Shown here one piece after another: positions 56,796 to 64,000 of a stretch of 64,000 nucleotides of DNA. Below the pieces are notes generated by a model. The model did no database searches. It worked only from the letters and a program-made list of their open reading frames with translations, and was not told where the DNA came from. Made by a program: the position numbers and the translations under genes. The stretch's first letter is position 1. Every line of letters begins with the position of its first letter. Source of the stretch: Octopus vulgaris (taxonomy: Eukaryota); NCBI GenBank assembly GCA_951406725.2, contig OX597831.1, forward strand, positions 62,310,001-62,374,000, in the 5' to 3' direction.

Positions 56796-57051
56796 TACCT
56801 ACTTGATGCCGAGTGTTAAACACACTTGAATGTCACAGACCAAGCGGGGCGATTTGCCTCGGAGTCACCATTAATGAAATACACCGATATTTCGACATTA
56901 TTGTGGCTTATCAGATCCATGTACATGGATTATATCGAAAAGAGATCAACTTGCTGAAGTGCTGTGGTGTAGTCTTCAGAGCTGCCCGCGGACGCTAACC
57001 TGCAGCATATTTTGTGCATAAACAAAACACATGCACTATGTTTACATTACA

Positions 57052-57190
57052 TTGTTTCAGTCATTTGACTGTGGCCATGCTGGAGCACTGCCTTTTTGTC
57101 GAGTAAACCGACCCCAGGGCTTATTCTTTGTAAGAATAGTACTTATTCTATCGGTTGTCAAGCGATGTTGGGGGGGACAAACTCAGACAC
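57052..57190 (-). mobile_element. SINE 3' fragment (family D)
   Basis: Homologous to 16972-17142. Confidence 0.65.
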
Positions 57191-57219
57191 ATAAACATAT
57201 ACACACGTACATATATACG

Positions 57220-57268
<49 letters not shown>

Positions 57269-57390
57269 CGGGCTTCTTTCAGTTTCCGTCTACCAAATCC
57301 ACTCACAAAGTTTTGGTCGCCCGGCGGCTATAGTAGGTGCCACGCAGTGGGACTGAACCCGGAACCATGCGGTTCGTAAGAAAGCTACTT

Positions 57391-59491
57391 TATTTCAAAA
57401 CATTTGCCATAAAGGCAGTACACAGAGTAAGTTAGCTTTGCGGGCTGGACGAGGACATTAATGAAAATGAAAGATGATGGGGATGGGAGAAGACAAAAAG
57501 CGCCCGCCGACTTTCGCTTCTCTAAAACATTGTTCTTTTTAAAGATAAACACAAAACGAGGTATTAAACCTCTTACAATTTTTTCAATTTTTGGACTTAG
57601 CAGTCTATTACTAATAATAACAGTTCAATAATTACATATCGTCCTCGAAATAACTTGTGCCCGCGCCCTCCACCATCCACCACGCCTCCCTCAGAACGTA
57701 ATCAAGTTCCGAGTTAGCGTCGCCCGGGACGAAGTTATAATCTTCATTGAGCTCCTTCAGCCCAAGCGTCACGTCGAACGCCACGGCCTCCACAGCTATC
57801 TGCGGAGGCCATTCGGGGTCCTGTGTGAAGGCTAAAGGTGCTCCCGTGTGGTGCTCTTCCATCACCTTCTCAATTTCTCCTCCTCTATAGAAGAGGACCA
57901 ATACGTTCAATTCTTTCGTTGGCGGCACAGTTCCCGCCAACGGTATTCCTTCTCTTGTCGGTGGCACAACCCCAACCGACGTAGTTCCGGGACATTCCGG
58001 TACTATGTCACCGACAGCCGGTAATGTCCCGTTTTTCTTCCTCTTTTTATTATTTTTCCCTTTTCAACTGAGGGAGGTTGCGTCTCCTCCGTGGCTGGAA
58101 GATTCGCGTTTCTCTCCTCATCCCTATTATCCTTTGGTGAGCACCCATTGTTGCTCACCTTCCTCTTTCGGCCTCTGTTTGAGGAGTCCTCTGCTTTCTC
58201 GGCAGTTATCATTCCCTCTTCTAGAGGGGTTTTACTTAACTGTTCCGGGATCCTATTTTGTTCCCAGGGACAGTTCTTCTTTATGTGGCCGGACTCCAAG
58301 CACCGATGAACACTTAGGGGGGCGACCCTCAAGCATCACCTGGTACCTGCACCCGGCCATTTTCAAAAAATCTGGAAGAACCAGATTGGCTGATTGGGTC
58401 CACAGGGTCAAAATTGCTTTTGACCCAACCCAAGCAGCCGCAGGAAGAACTTTTACATTGAGGAGCTTAGTTTCGCTGCCACCCAGACCTCCTCTATCCA
58501 CTCGGGTTCTATCCCGGGTGGCAGCCCGCAAATCCAAGCTTTCATCAATTTCTTTTTTTTGTACGTGGGCAGGAATAAAATTTCCTTACCCTCCAGGGGT
58601 TTCCTAGCAAATTTACAAGCCTCTTCAGGGGTGTCAAATAGCACCCCTAGAAATGAATTTAATTGTTGGCAAATACTCTTCCAACTTTTTTTCAATTGCC
58701 GTCTTTTCGAATAGGGCGATGGTGTCGAGTGCCTTGGAGTAGGTTCTCAACACCACCGTCCTATCTTCACGGTCTTTTAACCACTTTTTAGGCGGTATGA
58801 TCTCCCATTCCAAAAGTTTGTTATTTTTCATTGCCATGTTTTTTTTTGTTTATTTGTTTTTTTTTTTTTGTTTTTTTTTAAATGTATTCAGAATAAAACG
58901 AGAAGAAAAGGAAATCAGAAGAAAGTCACAGTGAAAAAAGGAGAAAGTCAAATAAAGTTAAAAAGAAAGTCAAATAAAGTTGAAAAGAAAGTCAATAACA
59001 CAGCAAAAACCTTCTGGCCATTCGGTACTCCCGGCCTAAATTGAACTAGGAACGCCGCAACTGGAACACAACTTCCACAAAAATTGGTGTAAAATTGGTA
59101 AAAATTGTTCAAACTTCGGAGGCAAAATACTCTCCTATATAGCAGTTTTCACAATTCATAAAAGTTCTTCACAGCACAATACAATTCTCACAATTAGGTG
59201 AGAAAAATTTCACCAATTTATCGGAGACGGATACGCCCCCCAAAAATTTTCTCAATTCAACGAGAAAAATATATTTGCTCCATGTCGGCAGAATCAGAAT
59301 TCTGAATCCAGTAGGACTTCCTGCCTGTAAAAAACAATTTTCACCAAAAACTCCCACTGGACCAAGAAAACAGAATCTTACCTTACAATGGGGTTTCCAA
59401 AATTTTCAATTCAAGACGGCTTCAAAAGCACGTCTTCACCGCTTCAGTGCCAAATACAACACTGACTCGCACATGCGCAGACGCAACTGTT
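57391..59491 (-). mobile_element. ORF1-only non-LTR retroposon (L1/Tx1-type gag-like, HAL1-like organisation) inserted into a SINE
   Basis: 12-bp TSD ag(a/c)aagctactt at 57379-57390 and 59492-59503. ~650-bp 5' UTR, a frameshifted ORF1, a 3' end at AATAAA, and no RT. Confidence 0.8.
57632..58837 (-). pseudogene. Frameshifted ORF1/gag-like protein (~400 aa) with CCHC zinc knuckle
   Basis: Consecutive ORF pieces join as MAMKNNKLL... / VLFDTPEEA...ICGLPPGIEPEWI / YQVMLEGRPPKC / (x)RCLESGHIKKNCP / an acidic C-terminal ~110 aa. Confidence 0.8.
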
Positions 59492-62099
59492 AGCAAGCTA
59501 CTTACCACACATCCACTCCTACGCCTCGTAATTTCATTTACTTCCACATGTGCCTCGCCGTAGTACACCATCGAATAAATTTCACTCCATTTGCATAAAA
59601 TTTTCAGACCGGCAATTCACTTCTTTTCGACATGATCTGAATACATAGTATTGATAATCCACAATGATTTCGAAATATCGGCATGAACCATTCTCGGGCA
59701 TTCCGAGGCTAATTCTGCAGCAAATTGGCGTGTAGACATCACACATACACTATGTATGTGCAGCCGAAAATGTTTATAAAATTACTATTTTTGAGAGGAC
59801 AGACACATTATAAACCATTATATTGTATTAATGAAATTACACATATGCTCGTTATCGTTATCTGTCGCTCCTTCAAGAGCTCAAGTGATTTGATCAATCT
59901 AAGCAGACTCTTCAATTACAATGCAGTATATGGGAGGCAGACATATTGTATTACATGTTGAATCATGTAAACAATCTTCCCTAATGCGGTAATTAAAGGA
60001 AGATTTGGAACTCCTTTTCTCGAGGGAAGCCTTGAAATTGTTCTTCATTTTCCCTCCAGAGATCCAAATTACTAGACATATATAATTATTGGAAATAACT
60101 GCTTACTATTTCAATACCAACTTGAATAAAAACAATGAATTATTGTGATTCTTATCCCTGTCAGCATTATTACAATTATTGAAAATGACCTAACAGCTTC
60201 ACACTATGAAATGTTTGGTTTGAGATTGTATGTATCTATTTATGTATATGTATGTGTGTGTGTGCCTGTATTTCAACAAAAGTTATTACGTGTATCTTTC
60301 TTATTTGTTCTCCTAAGAATAGAAAAAAAAGTAGCACTGTTAATTTTGTTATATAAACATTTATTCATATCATAAATAGGTTTCCAAAATGCCTCCATTT
60401 TTTGGGGATTTTTTTTGCATACACTACTCTCCTCCATATAGTTAACTAACAATATCTTGTATGAATATAGGAATATTGATTTCTTATAACGCTAAAATTT
60501 CATTCATAAATTTAGATAGTTATTCCAAGTGGATTATTCAAATACTTTCTAATATCTTAATTGTTTTATTTAAAATTTTATTGGTGTGTGATGCTTTCTT
60601 TAGATAATCTTACTCTATATTTTATCAAAAGTATCTTGCATAGTTCGAGTGGTTTTGCCTAAGTTGCAATGAAAACAATTACAGATATATAGTCACTTTT
60701 CCATTTATAATTTGACCTTCAGCATTTCTTTCTATAACGTTGAATAGCTAAACTCATATTTCAGTCGCTATTTCCAAACAGGGTTGTACCCATTGTGTCT
60801 CAGTTACCGGCAACTAGTCAATTTGTGAATGCTCTTGGTAAAGTCCGCAAGATGACAAGACAATTAAAAATTTTAGAAATCAGATAACAGATTTTTAAGA
60901 GATTACAAAACGGTACATTTTAAAGATATCAACTCGTTGATTTGCTTTCATATTAAGAAGGCATTACACGTTCACCGACACACCAATTCGTGAATAGTAA
61001 TACCGCAGCCAAATACTCAAATGGAAATAGCTTGAGGCCAGCGAACACTAAGTAGTTGATGACAATAGCATAACAGTAAAATATGAGTGAGAGAAAGAAA
61101 AGATATTACAGATAGACAGACAGACAGAGGGGAAGAGAGAGAGATGGAGTGAAAGGTGTAGAGGGAGGAAGGGAAATAGGATTGATAGATGTTTTGTAGA
61201 GTGTATGTGATAATGTGATATCATGCAATCCATCCAATGAATTTCTTAGGATATGATTTACGATGTCTGAATGTCCCAATAGAACTGTTTCAGATTTCTA
61301 AATGTATTCCTTTGCGAATTTTAATCAAGTTTCGTAGACAATTAGTATTTGTTGGTGGACATTGGTTTGCTGAACAAATATTATAGCTTATGTGAAACAT
61401 TCATTACTATGTTGAATACGTTTGTAGCGATACAACGTGATGGTGAGACCTAGCATTTGCAGCGAACGTGTAATTTCATTTTGCATGCTTTGCAGTATAT
61501 GGTCCGATGACGTTTTTGTTTTCATGTGTAAATTAATATGCTGCTTTGCTGCTTAATCATCTCTGAGCTTCGGCTTCTTATAGAACAGATTTCGATTGAA
61601 GCTTGCAAGGCAGGATTAGTGGGGTTGTGCTTAATCACTTCTCGTATTCATCCAAATATTTTCGGTAAGGAACTTTTTCCGTTGGGACACCATGTGGTTT
61701 TGCACTTGGTACGTTGTTCTTAGTGTACTTGAAACATGTGTGTGGTAGGATTATGGCAATATTGATTTAGAAATGTAAATGTTTCTAAGATTTCTATTAC
61801 CTTCCTAATTTCGCTGATTTGATTATGTTTCTTGCTTCTATTTCCTCCTTGTTTTCTCGTATAGGAGAATGTGATCTATCGAAAGTTTTGATTATCGATA
61901 CGAGGTCTGTATGTATTTATTTTATTATTGCTTTTAGAAATAAGGAAACCAAAACCGTTGCCTCCGTTGTTGGTGCACTTTTTATTCCACTCAATGGTTA
62001 TATTAGTTAATTTACTTTTAAAGCGTAGGCAGAAATGCTTTGATAATTTTATCATGTAACCTATACAATTATTTCATTACCAATACTGAAAAATGTACG

Positions 62100-62600
62100 C
62101 CAGGATGAGCCAAATGTATCAAATTTCTACTATCATAAGCACAGAAGACAGCCCAAATTAATTAAAACAGAAAATTATAACAAATGTGAAATTGCATAAA
62201 ATAACACAGGACTAAAAGTAAAAAATACGTAGAATCCAACTATGGTATGGTGTTTAAATCTAACAGACGGCTGTTTAATACAATGGAAAATTTGCTATGA
62301 ATACAAAAAAAAAAAAGAATTACTCTCACACCCGAAAACATAATGTACGCATTAACATGTTCGGGAAGGAGAAAACTACATACGGTAATCAGGGATATCC
62401 TTTCGGATAACTCAGAACTCTGCAAAGGTTGTAAACTCGAAGACAAAATTACATACGAATATGATTCATGGAACACATACATACATGTGCAGGTAAGAAA
62501 CAAGCGAATCTTCCCCTTGTATCAATTCTCCAATGGCACATTGTAAGAGCATGTCATCAGGAAAGAATCCGCGTTCATAACAAAGCACCGAAAACTGTGA
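62100..62600 (+). pseudogene. Highly degraded PLE endonuclease region (Neptune-like)
   Basis: Fragments RRQPK, ENIMYALTCSG..ENYI, EHIHTCAG, FPLYQ and RKESAFITK in shifting frames. Confidence 0.55.
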
Positions 62601-63319
62601 GAGAGAAAAGTTTACTAATAAAAATGTGTTTACTGTTAGTGCTAGTAATGTTTACTATTGCTACTGTTACTTCTAGACCCACATCTTCCATTCCGGCTCC
62701 AAAGTGCAGGAAATAATCAACAGTTCTTCTTCCTCACTACTACTACAATTACTGCTTAAGCTGCCACTGACTCTATTACTACTTTTAAAAGGGAAACTCA
62801 TCCAGCCACTCTTAACCGCTCCCATTGTTTCTACTACAAATGCAACCAACACCATCCGTGCACAACTTATTAATATCAACATTGCTTTAAGGAACTGTAG
62901 ACCACTAACACTGTAGTTACAAGAAGGGTAAAAAAATATGATAATGTCACTGGTAATACTGTTACTACTACTATCATAACATAACAGCCATCAGAGAGAG
63001 CGAGGGAGAGAGGGGGAGAGCGTGGATAACCAACACCACTACGACGTGTATTTTGTATGAAAATCATCTGAAATTTCGAGGCTGATGTAATGAAAGATAA
63101 ATTCACTTCAGCGCTTTCTTTTGGCATGGCTAAGTTTCTTAAAAATTATAACCTGCGACATATTCTGATATATTTATTATAAAGATCTCAAGGCATTTTC
63201 GTCTTTTGTTTTGATCTATTTGTGTCAGTAGGTGTGTACATTTGTGTCAGCGTGTGAATGCTTACATGTAGAAAAATTAATAAAGATGCAGAAAATTGGA
63301 CTTGCTACAAGTCATGTAT

Positions 63320-63652
63320 TTAAAATACAGGCATTCCGTCGGTTGCGAGGAAGAGGTTTCCAGTTCAACTGGTCATCGGGACAGCCTGCTCGTGAAATGA
63401 ATGTGGAAGTGGCTGAGCACCCCGCAGACACGCGTACTCTTAAATTAGTCCTCATGGTGTGTCATCCTGACACAGATTACAGTATATGACAAGGCTGGTC
63501 CTTTGTAATAAGGTACTACGAATTTTTTTCCATCTGAGTGGACTGGAGCAACTTAAAATAAAGTGTCTTGCTCAAGGACACAATGAACCGCCGGCAATCG
63601 AACTGTGCTATTATGAACCGAATACCCTAACCAGTGAGCCACGGGCTTTCAC
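63320..63652 (-). mobile_element. tRNA-derived SINE (family E)
   Basis: Head gtggctcactggttaggg...gttcgatt followed by gtgtccttgagcaagacacttta. Body homologous to 51930-52168 (+). Confidence 0.8.
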
Positions 63653-64000
63653 TTGTGTTTACATTAATGATATAAGCAGCTAATACAAATATTTTAATTT
63701 TCATGAAATATGGCATGGTACTATTTCTTGTTTCTACAACCATCTCTTATACATGTACAATACTTTCTTCACCGATATTGATAGAAGAAGCAGTTGAAGA
63801 TGGAAATGCAACTCTTTCATTTCTCTGTGAAGAAAAAGCTATAAAGGGACATTACATTATTTGTGTTGATTTGAAGTGGAAGCGGGTGGCTAATTAAACG
63901 GTTGCTCTGAGTGGTTTATTTTTTATCAAACGTGATTATCAGCCAATTTGCGAGTAAATTTGAATTCAGATCACGGATTACCCATTTAATGTAAAGAATA

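Larger units (their letters stand above)
57266..59527 (-). mobile_element. tRNA-derived SINE (family C) split into 57266-57390 and 59492-59527 by the ORF1-only element
   Basis: Joining the two parts restores aggcgtaggagtggatgtgtggtaagtagctt...ccgggttcagtcccactgcgtggcacc. Confidence 0.85.

Overview
AT-rich, microsatellite-dense animal genomic DNA. The SINE and repeat content resembles cephalopod (Octopus-like) DNA, which is my inference and not a database result. No host gene can be established, and almost all ORF-track entries are microsatellite artefacts. The centrepiece is a young, intact Penelope-like retroelement (PLE) with a 713-aa RT + GIY-YIG ORF (32506-34647, minus strand). It sits between ~1.86-kb near-identical inverted arms and carries three copies of a minimal type I hammerhead ribozyme (HHR). 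At least ten more HHR or HHR-like motifs from about six sequence families lie in short elements, mostly embedded in or next to (TA)n tracts, and two of these elements are fold-back inverted repeats. Other notable items are a 2.1-kb ORF1-only (zinc-knuckle, no RT) retroposon inserted with a target-site duplication (TSD) into the tRNA head of a SINE, and a two-copy ~0.4-kb retroposon whose 5' end folds like an HDV-type ribozyme. The window also holds non-autonomous Helitron-like elements, several tRNA-SINE families, and relics of PLEs, an R4/Dong-like LINE and a CR1-like LINE.
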